Notes: generated from the letters alone by a model not told the origin. A DNA stretch of 52,745 nucleotides from Candidatus Woesearchaeota archaeon (GCA_016181275.1 JACOZQ010000024.1:661-53405); one strand, 5' to 3'; positions 38,131 through 47,308 are shown, counted from the first letter of the stretch. Numbers and translations: made by a program.

Positions 38131-40998
38131 TTGCCAGAATTAATGGTTGTGAAAAGAACAGGCGATCTTGTTAATTTTGATAAGAACAGGATTGAGAGTG
38201 CCATACAAAAAGCAGTGACTGCAGTTGGCAATGGTGTTTCTGAAGGACAGGTAGGAAACGTTGTTAATGATATTTGCGACGAGATTCGCGACAGGTTTAT
38301 TGATTTCTATCCCAATGTTGAAAACATACAGGACATTGTTGAAAAGCACCTTGTAAAATCCGGCATGTATGAAGTTGCCAAAGCTTACATACTGTACAGA
38401 GCTGAGAGGCAGAAAGATAGAGAAAAAAGAAAAGAGCTCGACATTGAAAAAGCAAAAATTGGGAGATTGACAATTAAAAAGAGAGATGGAAGAACTGCAA
38501 TCTTTGACATTAAAAAAATAAGAAATAGTATATTAAGAGCTGCTAAAGGCTATGAAAACGACATTGATGTGGACTTGCTTTTGAAAGAAACTGTCAAGGG
38601 GATTTATGACAGCATTGATACAATTGGAATTGAGAAATCATTAATTCTCGGAGCGGTTTCATTTATTGAAAGAGATCCTGCTTATGGCTTTGTTGCAAGC
38701 AGATTATTCATGCAGAAATTAAGGAAAGAAGTTATTGGAGTTTCTATCTATAATGATAATTTAGAAACTGCTTATCGAGAAGCTTTTATTCGCGGCATTA
38801 AGAAAGGAGTTGAGAATGAGCTGCTGGATAGAAGAATGCTGGAATATGATCTTGGAAAATTAGCAGGTGCTTTAAAAATCGAGAGGGATGAATTAATACA
38901 ATATACAGGAATTCAAACTTTGTATGAAAGATACTTCATAAAATTAAATAATGGGCGGAGAATTGAGTTGCTGCAAAGTTTTTGGATGAGAGTTGCAATG
39001 GGGCTTGCTCTTATTGAAAATAAAAAAGAGGAGAAAGCATTGGAATTTTATGAGCTAATTTCAAGCTTTAGATATATCCCATCAACTCCAACTTTATTTA
39101 ATGCCGGGACAAATCATGCTCAGCTCAGCTCATGCTATCTGACGACGGTTTTAGATGATTTAGATCATATATTCAAGTGCATCCGCGACAATGCTCATCT
39201 TTCTAAATGGGCCGGTGGCATTGGAAATGACTGGAGCAATATTCGAGCTACAAATGCATTGATTAAAAGCACTCAAGCTGAAAGCCAGGGAGTTATTCCA
39301 TTTTTGAAAATAGCTAATGATGTAACTGCAGCAATATCACGAACAGGAAAAAGAAGAGGCGGAACCTGCGCTTATCTTGAAACATGGCACCTCGATATTG
39401 AAGAATTTCTTGATTTGAGAAAAAATACAGGAGATGAAAGAAGAAGGACACATGACATGAATACTGCTAATTGGATTCCTGATCTTTTTATGAAAAGAGT
39501 TTTAGAAAATAAAAATTGGACTTTATTCTCTCCTGAAGAAGTTCCTGATCTGCATCATCTTTATGGAAAAAGGTTTGAAGAAAGATATGAGCATTATGAA
39601 AATCTTGCAAAACAGGGAAGATTTAGAATGTATAAAACTATTGAAGCTAAAAAATTATGGAAAAAAATGCTGAGCATGATATTTGAAACAGGGCATCCAT
39701 GGATTACATTTAAGGACCCGTGCAATATTCGCAGCCCACAAGATCATACTGGCGTGATTCATAGCTCAAATTTATGCACTGAGATAACTTTAAACACTTC
39801 TGAAGAAGAGAATGCTGTATGTAATTTGGGAAGCATAAATCTTCCAATGCACATCATCAACGGAAAATTAGATGAGGAATTAATTTCCAGAACTGTTCGA
39901 GCTGCTGTAAGAATGCTTGATAACGTTATTGACCTAAATTTTTATCCCACAAAGGAAGCTGAGAATTCAAATAAAAGACACAGGCCTGTCGGGCTTGGAA
40001 TAATGGGATTACAAGATGCTTTGTTTATGCTAAACTTCAGCTTTGATTCTAAAGAATCTCTTGAATTTTCAGATTTTTCCATGGAGATGATTTCCTATTA
40101 TTCTATTTTAACTTCTTCTGAGCTGGCAAAAGAAAAAGGAAAATATCAAAGCTATGAAGGAAGCAAGTGGAGCAAAGGAATTTTCCCAATTAATACAATC
40201 AAACTTCTTGAAGAGCAAAGAGGAATGGAAATTGATATTGACAGAGATGAAAAACTAAATTGGAATATTGTAAGAGAGCATGTGAAAGAAAATGGAATGA
40301 GAAATTCAAATGTAATGGCAATTGCTCCAACTGCAAGCATATCAACAATAGTCAATTGCTATCCATGCATTGAACCAATTTATAAAAATATTTATGTAAA
40401 AGCAAATATAAGCGGAGAATTTACTGTAGTTAATTCTTATCTCATTGATGATCTGAAAAAAATCGGGATGTGGAACAGGGAAATGCTTGATCAGCTCAAA
40501 TACTATGATGGAAATGTTTCTTTGATCACTGGAATTCCTGAAAACATTAAAAATAAATATAAAGAAGCATTCGATGTCGATCCATTTGCAATGATTGACA
40601 TGACTGCAGCCCGAGCAAAATGGATAGACCAAAGCCAGAGCTATAATATATTTGTCAAAGGAACATCTGGAAAGTTGCTTAATGATATTTATTTCTATGC
40701 CTGGAAGAAAGGACTGAAAACAACATATTATCTCAGAACTTTAGCTGCCAGCCAAATAGAAAAATCAACACTTGACACAAAATATGGATTCACGCAAAAA
40801 AGAGAATATAACCTTGTAAACGAGGAGAGAAATAGCAATGAAAAACAAAAAACAATTGTTCCAGACACTCCTAAAGACAACCTGTTGAAAAAATATTCTA
40901 TTAATTCTGAAAAAGAATTTGCAGAAGATAATAAAAACGATGAGAAAGAAATAAAGCTTTGCTTGATAGAAAATCCTGATTGCGAAGCATGCCAGTGA
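38131..40998 (+). CDS. nrdA: Ribonucleotide reductase large subunit (class I NrdA) with two N-terminal ATP-cones
   Basis: ATP-cone starts are VVKRTGDLVNFDKNRI and IKKRDGRTAIFDIKKI. Also present are SSCYL, NLCTEI, VCNLGSINL, PTASIS and TTYYLRT. The C-terminal redox pair is CEAC. The start is either TTG 38131 (after AGGTGG) or ATG 38143. Confidence 0.9.
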   Translation: MPELMVVKRTGDLVNFDKNRIESAIQKAVTAVGNGVSEGQVGNVVNDICDEIRDRFIDFYPNVENIQDIVEKHLVKSGMYEVAKAYILYRAERQKDREKRKELDIEKAKIGRLTIKKRDGRTAIFDIKKIRNSILRAAKGYENDIDVDLLLKETVKGIYDSIDTIGIEKSLILGAVSFIERDPAYGFVASRLFMQKLRKEVIGVSIYNDNLETAYREAFIRGIKKGVENELLDRRMLEYDLGKLAGALKIERDELIQYTGIQTLYERYFIKLNNGRRIELLQSFWMRVAMGLALIENKKEEKALEFYELISSFRYIPSTPTLFNAGTNHAQLSSCYLTTVLDDLDHIFKCIRDNAHLSKWAGGIGNDWSNIRATNALIKSTQAESQGVIPFLKIANDVTAAISRTGKRRGGTCAYLETWHLDIEEFLDLRKNTGDERRRTHDMNTANWIPDLFMKRVLENKNWTLFSPEEVPDLHHLYGKRFEERYEHYENLAKQGRFRMYKTIEAKKLWKKMLSMIFETGHPWITFKDPCNIRSPQDHTGVIHSSNLCTEITLNTSEEENAVCNLGSINLPMHIINGKLDEELISRTVRAAVRMLDNVIDLNFYPTKEAENSNKRHRPVGLGIMGLQDALFMLNFSFDSKESLEFSDFSMEMISYYSILTSSELAKEKGKYQSYEGSKWSKGIFPINTIKLLEEQRGMEIDIDRDEKLNWNIVREHVKENGMRNSNVMAIAPTASISTIVNCYPCIEPIYKNIYVKANISGEFTVVNSYLIDDLKKIGMWNREMLDQLKYYDGNVSLITGIPENIKNKYKEAFDVDPFAMIDMTAARAKWIDQSQSYNIFVKGTSGKLLNDIYFYAWKKGLKTTYYLRTLAASQIEKSTLDTKYGFTQKREYNLVNEERNSNEKQKTIVPDTPKDNLLKKYSINSEKEFAEDNKNDEKEIKLCLIENPDCEACQ

Positions 40999-41036
40999 TA
41001 ATAAAACAATTGAGATGATAAAACAAGGGAGATAAA

Positions 41037-42029
41037 ATGCCGATAATAAATAATTCAAAGACAGACCCAAATAAAATTTTGCCTATGACATATTTATGGG
41101 CCAGGAAACATTACAAAGACGGAGTAAATAATAACTGGACACCTGAAGAGATAAGCATGCAGAAAGATGTTGAGCAATGGAAATCTGCTAAATTAAGCAA
41201 TGATGAACGAAGGCTGATACTTTGGAATTTAGGATTTTTTTCCACAGCTGAATCCTTAACAGCTAATAATATTGTGCTTGCTATTTATAGGCATGTCACA
41301 AATCCTGAATGCAGGCAATATTTATTGAGACAGGGTTATGAAGAAGCAATACATACAGATACATTTATTTACTGCTGCGATACTCTAGGCCTAGATCCTG
41401 ATGATATCTATAACATGTACAAGACAATTCCCAGCATTCGCGAGAAGGATAATTTTGTAGTTGAGCTGACTGAAAGCATCTTTGATCCAAATTTTTCAAC
41501 AAACGGAATCGAAAACATCCGCAAATTTTTGCACGATTTAATTGGGTATTATGTCATCATGGAAGGAATATTTTTCTATGCAGGATTTGCAATGATGCTT
41601 GCCATGAAAAGACAAAACAAAATGATTGGTGTCGGTGAGCAATTCGAATACATAATGAGGGATGAAAGCCTGCATCTGGCTTTTGGCTGCGACCTGATAA
41701 ATACAATTAAAGATGAGAATCCTGAAATATGGGACGAAGAATTCAGAAAAGAAATTCTTGAGCTGATTAAGAAGGCAGTTGACTTTGAAAAAAAATATGC
41801 TTATGATGCCTGTCCCCGTGGCTTGCTGGGAATAAAGGCTGAAACATTCTGCGAATATGTGGAGTATATAACTGACAGAAGGCTTGAAAGAATCGGCCTG
41901 CCAAAATTATTCCATATTGAAAATCCTTTTCCCTGGATGTCCCAGTCTGTTGACTTGTCAAAAGAGAAAAACTTTTTTGAGACAAGAGTTACTGAATATC
42001 AAAGCGCTGGAGCTTTGCAATGGGATTAG
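41037..42029 (+). CDS. nrdB: Ribonucleotide reductase small subunit with a class Ic-type signature
   Basis: Metal-ligand contexts are STAES (E72), EEAIH (E103, H106), MEGIFF and RDESLH. Residue 110 (TTT at 41364-41366), four residues after H106, is Phe where class Ia proteins have the radical Tyr. Confidence 0.85.
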   Translation: MPIINNSKTDPNKILPMTYLWARKHYKDGVNNNWTPEEISMQKDVEQWKSAKLSNDERRLILWNLGFFSTAESLTANNIVLAIYRHVTNPECRQYLLRQGYEEAIHTDTFIYCCDTLGLDPDDIYNMYKTIPSIREKDNFVVELTESIFDPNFSTNGIENIRKFLHDLIGYYVIMEGIFFYAGFAMMLAMKRQNKMIGVGEQFEYIMRDESLHLAFGCDLINTIKDENPEIWDEEFRKEILELIKKAVDFEKKYAYDACPRGLLGIKAETFCEYVEYITDRRLERIGLPKLFHIENPFPWMSQSVDLSKEKNFFETRVTEYQSAGALQWD

Positions 42030-42060
42030 ATTTATAAATCAAATATTGGTTAAATTGAAC

Positions 42061-42264
42061 ATGACAAAATATAAAGTTCATGTTACGGATGATTGTATTG
42101 CATGCAATGCCTGCGTTTCTGCATGTGAAGAAAATTTTGAGATGAATGATGATAATACAAAAGCAAAAGTTAAAAAATCTGTAATTTCCGACAAAGAGCT
42201 TGCTAAAAACCAGGAAGCAAAAGAGATCTGCCCTGTTGAAGCAATAAAAATTGAGGAAAGCTAA
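42061..42264 (+). CDS. Small [4Fe-4S]/[3Fe-4S]-type ferredoxin
   Basis: The 67-aa product from ATG 42061 has CIACNACVSAC...CP. The 126-aa ORF-track version starts inside nrdB and is rejected. Confidence 0.8.
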   Translation: MTKYKVHVTDDCIACNACVSACEENFEMNDDNTKAKVKKSVISDKELAKNQEAKEICPVEAIKIEES

Positions 42265-42273
42265 TTAAATTCT

Positions 42274-42498
42274 TTATAACCTAGATTCGATAGTTTCATT
42301 ATCTTCGCTTAAAGGATGAATTTCGGCATGCCTTCTTGAAACATAAATCTCCCTTCCTGGATGATAAACTGAGCTGAACACATAATTATTTGATTCTATT
42401 CTTGCAAGAACACCAATTTCCTTCTTGCTTTTATCATGCTCATAAACTATTAGAACAGGACTTCCAACCATAGATTCCTCATTTTTTTCTTTATTCAT
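42274..42498 (-). CDS. Stand-alone TRAM-like domain ORF
   Basis: The segment from ATG 42498 (MNKEKNEESMVGSPVLIVYEHDKSKKEIGVLARIESNNYVFSSVYHPGREIYV) resembles the C-terminal TRAM domain that the upstream methylthiotransferase lacks. It is in a different frame, 58 nt after that gene's stop. Confidence 0.5.
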   Translation of the reverse strand: MNKEKNEESMVGSPVLIVYEHDKSKKEIGVLARIESNNYVFSSVYHPGREIYVSRRHAEIHPLSEDNETIESRL

Positions 42499-42556
42499 GC
42501 CGTTTTTTCTGAATAAGATATATATAATTCTGCTTGTTAAAATATTAAACAATTGT

Positions 42557-43630
42557 TTAGATTAAATCTTTTCTATAACTCTTATATAGATTATTCAACT
42601 TAATTGTTCTTTCTTTTATTATCTCGCTCGGGATTTGTTTTAATTTTGAAGCATGAGTTCCTGGACGAGAAGAGAATTTTGAGATGTTTAAAACTTCTGG
42701 CTTTGCTTCTTTTATTAGATCATAAGTAAGCTCAAAATCTTTTTCTGTCTCCGTCGGATAACCAGTTATAATATCTGTCGCTATTGAAATCTCTGGAAAT
42801 TTTTTCCTAAATGCTTTAACTGCTTCCTTATAATTCTCAACGGTGTGAATTCTTTTCATATCCTTTAAAATTTTCTCAGAGCCAGACTGAACGGGGATGT
42901 GCAGGAATTTCATTATTTTTTCTGATTTATAAGACTGCAAGAGCTGAGGAAGTATTTTTGCCAGATGCCATGGGTTCATCATTCCTACTCGAATAATATA
43001 ATCACCTTCAATTGTTACTATCTCATTCAATAACTCTGGAAGAGATGTTTTTATATCAAATCCATAACATCCATTGTCTTGGCTTGTAAGATAAATTTTT
43101 TTGCATCCTTCTTTGACTGCTTTTTCAGTGCTTCTCTTTATGTCTCCAATTCTATAAGAGCGAAGACTTCCTCGAGCTAATTTCGTCGCGCAGAATGTAC
43201 AAGAATTCAAGCATCCCTCCCCTATGGAAATAATTCCAATGCTTTTATCCTTTCTTATTATTGGAGCTGAAATCCTATTTTCTTTTTTATCTGAAAAATG
43301 ATCCTGCTCTGTCTGCAAAACTTGATCAATTTTTAAAATAGAATTTGTGTCAAAAACTGCTATAACTCCTGGAGCATATTTTTTTATGTCCAGTGTTTTT
43401 GTCAAGCATCCGCCAACGATAATTTTCTTATTTTTTGATTTCTCTTTTATGTAATGCAGCTCCTTTGATTGAGTCGCATTCTTTACAGAGCATGTATTAA
43501 CAATTATTGCATCTGCTTCTTCTTCGTTTTCAACTAGTTTGTAATTTTTGTTTTTTAAAATTCCTGCAATCTGTTCTGAATCTGATATATTTGCCTGGCA
43601 GCCAAATGTTTTAATAAATATTTTATTCAT
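42557..43630 (-). CDS. MiaB/MtaB-family radical-SAM methylthiotransferase lacking its TRAM domain
   Basis: The UPF0004 N-terminus is IFIKTFGCQANISDSE. The radical-SAM cluster motif is CLNSCTFC. The protein ends right after the radical-SAM core. Confidence 0.85.
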   Translation of the reverse strand: MNKIFIKTFGCQANISDSEQIAGILKNKNYKLVENEEEADAIIVNTCSVKNATQSKELHYIKEKSKNKKIIVGGCLTKTLDIKKYAPGVIAVFDTNSILKIDQVLQTEQDHFSDKKENRISAPIIRKDKSIGIISIGEGCLNSCTFCATKLARGSLRSYRIGDIKRSTEKAVKEGCKKIYLTSQDNGCYGFDIKTSLPELLNEIVTIEGDYIIRVGMMNPWHLAKILPQLLQSYKSEKIMKFLHIPVQSGSEKILKDMKRIHTVENYKEAVKAFRKKFPEISIATDIITGYPTETEKDFELTYDLIKEAKPEVLNISKFSSRPGTHASKLKQIPSEIIKERTIKLNNLYKSYRKDLI

Positions 43631-43661
43631 AGAAATAAAGATAGAAAAATGGTTTAAAAAT

Positions 43662-43964
43662 TTAATGCCCCTGACAGGCAGAATCTGTAGGCACCTCTGT
43701 TTTCATATTCTTTTTAATAATAAATTTATTTTCAACTAAATACTGCTCCACTTCATCTCCAGAAACATCAATCAGCATTTTTCCATTAACTTCAACACAA
43801 GGCGAGAGAGTTTTACCTGATTTTTCTACCATTTCCTGAAATTGCACTTGCTCATTTATTATATCTCTATCTTCATACTTCAAATTATACTTCTTCATTA
43901 TCTCGCGAACACCCATGCTCCATCCGCATTGCGGTTTTAGATAAGCAATAATTTTTAGTTCCAT
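43662..43964 (-). CDS. Glutaredoxin-fold protein with a monothiol CGWS motif
   Basis: The thioredoxin-fold pattern is IIAYLKPQCGWSMGVREIMKKYNLKYEDRDI...SPCVEVNGKMLIDVSGDEV. Confidence 0.6.
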   Translation of the reverse strand: MELKIIAYLKPQCGWSMGVREIMKKYNLKYEDRDIINEQVQFQEMVEKSGKTLSPCVEVNGKMLIDVSGDEVEQYLVENKFIIKKNMKTEVPTDSACQGH

Positions 43965-44004
43965 AGTAATTTAAGGATATATTAGGTTTTATAACTTTTT
44001 TGCT

Positions 44005-45747
44005 TTAACTTTTAAAATAATTTGCTATCCTTCTGTAAACTTGCGCTTCCCTCTCCTTCCCTTGAGCTTCTGCTACAATTGCACAATTTCCAAAGTCTAA
44101 ATACCTTTCATAATCTTCTATTACTCCTTTAGGAAGTCTAGGCACACTTAATCCGTACTCTTTAGCAAAGGAGATTGCTCTCACATAATGCCTATTTTTT
44201 ACAAGAAGTTTTACAGCAGAATTTGCTATTTGTACAGGCCTTCTTAAATCTGTTCCTATCTTGGATTTTTCAATTGCTTTTTTTAGCTGATCAACTCCAT
44301 ATTCTAATTCTTCACTAACATAAACTCTTCTCTCTCCTGACAAGGACAAATCCGCTTCTTGCAATAAAAGATCTATTTTTTCTTCTGTATCTTCTGTATA
44401 ATCTAAAGCACGATCATACATTTTTGCTTTGATTAACAAATCTTTTATAGTTTTTTTATCCCTTCTCAAATTTCTGGAAATTTCAACCTGTGCAGCTTCT
44501 TCAAATCTGCCTTGACTTTGATATTCATTAGACAACCAATCAACTAAACCTAACTTATTTGTTAGTTCTATCTTTTTTCTTTGATCTCTAACTATCCAAA
44601 CATATTCTCTTGCTCTATCTCCAACTTTATCAAGTAAATTAGTTTCTACAAATTCTCCTATCTTTCTTAAAGTGGGCGATTGTTCTTGTTCACGCCATTC
44701 CATGTTTTTTTGTGCATTTTCTAATAATTTTACTGCTTGATTAAATGCTAATTCATAATCCTCAAGTTTATGATATAAATGTATAGTTTGAACTTGTGCT
44801 GGAGATTTTTCTAATATTTTTAAGAATCTTCTTTTTGTTGAAGTTCTTTCCTCTTCTGAAAATTCTCTTGTGAATCTATCCACCCAAGATATCGCTTTTT
44901 CCGCAACTTCTTCTGGATCTTTCTCTTTCCCAATGTTAGCTTCAATATCTGAAAATTCATCTTCTAAAGCTCGTCTTCTAACTTTTGTAACCTCTAAAGA
45001 TTTATAACCCCATTCAACTAATCTGTCAATTGCATTTCCCCAATATTTTCTTTCAATATCCAAGTCTATTAATGACTGCCTTAAAATCTGGATAGATTGA
45101 CTATCTTTTTCCACAAATTCTAAAGCCCTTTCAAGAAGCCCATTATATTTCTGATCCCAGAAAAAATCTTTTTCTCTTAATCTTGGCTCTGCATCTTGAC
45201 AAACCTTAACAACTCTTTTAGGATTTAATTCACTAGCAACTTTCAATGCCGCTTCAAACTCCATACATTGCTCCAATTGAGTAATTGCTTCTTCCTGTCT
45301 TCCTGAAGGTAAAAGAACATAATCGACCAAGGATTTTTTAAGCTTGTATGCTTCATCAATTCTTTCTCCTTCCATGGCAATTCCTGGAATAGGACTATCT
45401 GTAATATCATGCTTTGGTTTGCCCGGAATTATACTTTGGATTCTCTCTGTTAAAAGATTTAATCTATCATATTTTAATGTTATCAAAAAAAATGTCCTAA
45501 AATCGCCGTTTTTATATGCTCTCTCTAATGCTTGATTAACAACCAGGTCTTCCACTACTGGAAATGTTGTTTCAACATCAAAGATTGTTTTCCAACTATT
45601 ACTAAATTGACCAACTCTTTGAGAAACAACTCTCGCACCTTCATATAACAAGAAAGATTTTGCTTCAGGAGTTTTTAAGACTCCTTCTGTTCCTCCATCA
45701 AATGGATTCCATTCAACCAAATCACTTCTTCGAGCAGTATTAGGCAT
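44005..45747 (-). CDS. Hypothetical all-helical protein, 580 aa
   Basis: This is a long uninterrupted ORF with no signal peptide or TM segment. The composition is helical and repeat-like. No family was recognised. Confidence 0.6.
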   Translation of the reverse strand: MPNTARRSDLVEWNPFDGGTEGVLKTPEAKSFLLYEGARVVSQRVGQFSNSWKTIFDVETTFPVVEDLVVNQALERAYKNGDFRTFFLITLKYDRLNLLTERIQSIIPGKPKHDITDSPIPGIAMEGERIDEAYKLKKSLVDYVLLPSGRQEEAITQLEQCMEFEAALKVASELNPKRVVKVCQDAEPRLREKDFFWDQKYNGLLERALEFVEKDSQSIQILRQSLIDLDIERKYWGNAIDRLVEWGYKSLEVTKVRRRALEDEFSDIEANIGKEKDPEEVAEKAISWVDRFTREFSEEERTSTKRRFLKILEKSPAQVQTIHLYHKLEDYELAFNQAVKLLENAQKNMEWREQEQSPTLRKIGEFVETNLLDKVGDRAREYVWIVRDQRKKIELTNKLGLVDWLSNEYQSQGRFEEAAQVEISRNLRRDKKTIKDLLIKAKMYDRALDYTEDTEEKIDLLLQEADLSLSGERRVYVSEELEYGVDQLKKAIEKSKIGTDLRRPVQIANSAVKLLVKNRHYVRAISFAKEYGLSVPRLPKGVIEDYERYLDFGNCAIVAEAQGKEREAQVYRRIANYFKS

Positions 45748-45812
45748 AAAAATGATTTACAATCAGAATATATAAACAAGATTATTCTCTATTCAATATT
45801 TTAAAATTATAG

Positions 45813-45883
45813 TGATGAACAGCATCCTGGCTTCTCATGCTAAAGCACAGTACAACCCAAGATGTGAGCCTGCTTAATTCTAG
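45813..45883 (-). pseudogene. Partial 5S rRNA-like sequence (3' ~70 nt of the gene)
   Basis: TGATGAACAGCA is identical to 47306-47317. Further blocks (AGTACA, CCTGCTTAA) match at the same offsets from that anchor as in the 5S gene. Identity is roughly 39 of 70 ungapped positions. It is in the same orientation as the intact 5S. Confidence 0.5.
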
Positions 45884-45902
45884 TTTCGGAATATATAAAA
45901 TT

Positions 45903-45940
45903 ATTTCGGTTGTAAATTACTGCCATTCAAGAACCGAAAT
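45903..45940. promoter_or_regulatory. Inverted repeat ATTTCGGTT / AACCGAAAT upstream of the wHTH-nucleotidyltransferase gene
   Basis: The 9-bp perfect arms are separated by 20 nt. A third TTTCGG half-site is at 45884-45889. The TATA-like GTTTATAAAT follows at 45941-45950. Confidence 0.35.
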
Positions 45941-45972
45941 GTTTATAAATATGTTATTATAGTAGATAATAT

Positions 45973-46830
45973 ATGTTATCCAAAATAATAACAATTGTAA
46001 ATTTTAGGATATTGAAATTTTTAATCAAAAGAACAGAACCTAGTCTTAGTGATATAGCAAGATGTACAAAAACGACAAAGGCCAATACTTTCTATGCCTT
46101 AAAAAGCTTATTAAAAGAAAATATTGTAAGAAAAACAATCAAGGGTAAAACCCACCTTTACAAATTTAATATATTCCATCCATATTCCAAGATCATTATT
46201 GATATGGTAGAAGAAGAAAGGCAATCCAGTTATAATGAAAAACTGGGTAATATTCCAATGATTATTCATTCCTTTCTTGCAACTTCCCTTAAAAAGGAGT
46301 ATCAAGGCTGTATTTTTTTTGGGTCTAGCCTGGTGGATAAATATAAGGATATAGATGTTTTCATCCTCATAAAAAATAAAAAAAAGACGGTGGCTTTAGA
46401 AAAAAAATTAAAGTTTATCAATCGTAAAATTTCTCCTATTTTTGGTTCAGAAGGAGAGATTAAAATCGGGATTAAAAATGAAGATATGCTCTATAAAAAT
46501 ATTATCGAGGGAGTTTCATTTGGGTTTGACGCGGCAAAGATTAAATATCAAGATTTATTTCTAAAAAAACAAGATATAATAGAGAGATTTATTATAGGAT
46601 ATAGAGAGATTTTAAGTTGTTTGGAATTTAAAGAAAGAGAATATGTCAAACTTCATTTGGATAGGGGAATAATGGATGTTATTTATGCAATATTGAATTA
46701 TTTTGATTTTTTCCCGAGAAATGATAAAGAAGCCATTAGTCTATTCAAAAATAGTCTTAAGGAATCAAAACCAAAAACAATAAAAGAAGCATTTTGTACT
46801 ATAGAAAAATATGGTTGGATACTGAGATGA
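45973..46830 (+). CDS. wHTH + nucleotidyltransferase-domain protein (MNT-like)
   Basis: The N-terminal wHTH is SLSDIARCTKTTKANTFYALKSLLKENIV. The NTase motif is IFFGSSLVDKYKDIDVFILI. Confidence 0.6.
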   Translation: MLSKIITIVNFRILKFLIKRTEPSLSDIARCTKTTKANTFYALKSLLKENIVRKTIKGKTHLYKFNIFHPYSKIIIDMVEEERQSSYNEKLGNIPMIIHSFLATSLKKEYQGCIFFGSSLVDKYKDIDVFILIKNKKKTVALEKKLKFINRKISPIFGSEGEIKIGIKNEDMLYKNIIEGVSFGFDAAKIKYQDLFLKKQDIIERFIIGYREILSCLEFKEREYVKLHLDRGIMDVIYAILNYFDFFPRNDKEAISLFKNSLKESKPKTIKEAFCTIEKYGWILR

Positions 46831-47308
46831 AAGAAAAAGAAATAAAAGAGGAATTGGAGCTTTGCTTAAGAAGTTTTTTGGACGCTGAAGAAAGATCAAA
46901 ACAAAAAGGTATTGATACTTTTGACGAATTTTAGAAAGTGCTTTTAATAGGTTATTTATGTGTATGGAGCATTTATGCAATGCCATAATCTTATTAGAGA
47001 TGGGAAACTTCAGTAAGAAGCATTTTGGAGACTTTACAAAATTAAAAGGTTTAAAAGAAAAATACATGTCAGATTTAGCAGAAACATACCAAACTACTTA
47101 TAACTTTAGGTCTTATGGTGATTACAGAAAATTTCCAGAAGTCAAAGATAAGTTTAACAGAGGAGAATTAAAAAATAAAATTACAGTAGTAAATGTAGTA
47201 ATCAGGAACAGTTTTGGGATAATAGGGAGAGATGTAGATATTAAGGAGATAACTCAAAAATTATTCAAAACTAAAAAACAAAAGCCTATGAATAATAAAA
47301 ATAAATGA
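46827..47308 (+). pseudogene. HEPN-like partner gene, apparently frameshifted
   Basis: ATG 46827 overlaps the upstream TGA (ATGA) and reads 35 codons to TAG 46932-46934. An overlapping frame open from 46925 continues as RILESAFNRLFMCMEHLCNAIILLEMGNFSKKHFGDF... to 47308. One single-base shift would make a ~160-aa HEPN-sized product. Confidence 0.4.

Noticed and set aside
41884-42060. The N-terminal 59 codons of the 126-aa ORF-track entry 41884-42264, which overlap the 3' end of nrdB.
   Set aside because: The ferredoxin domain starts at ATG 42061. The upstream part lies inside the conserved nrdB C-terminus in another frame and has no ferredoxin-like sequence.
45884-45928. Extension of the 5S-like relic to a full-length second 5S gene (45814-45928 has almost the same length as the real gene).
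   Set aside because: Beyond about 45883 the similarity to 5S drops to background. The helix I and helix II partners are missing. The sequence is better explained as a promoter and inverted-repeat region of the downstream wHTH-NTase gene.
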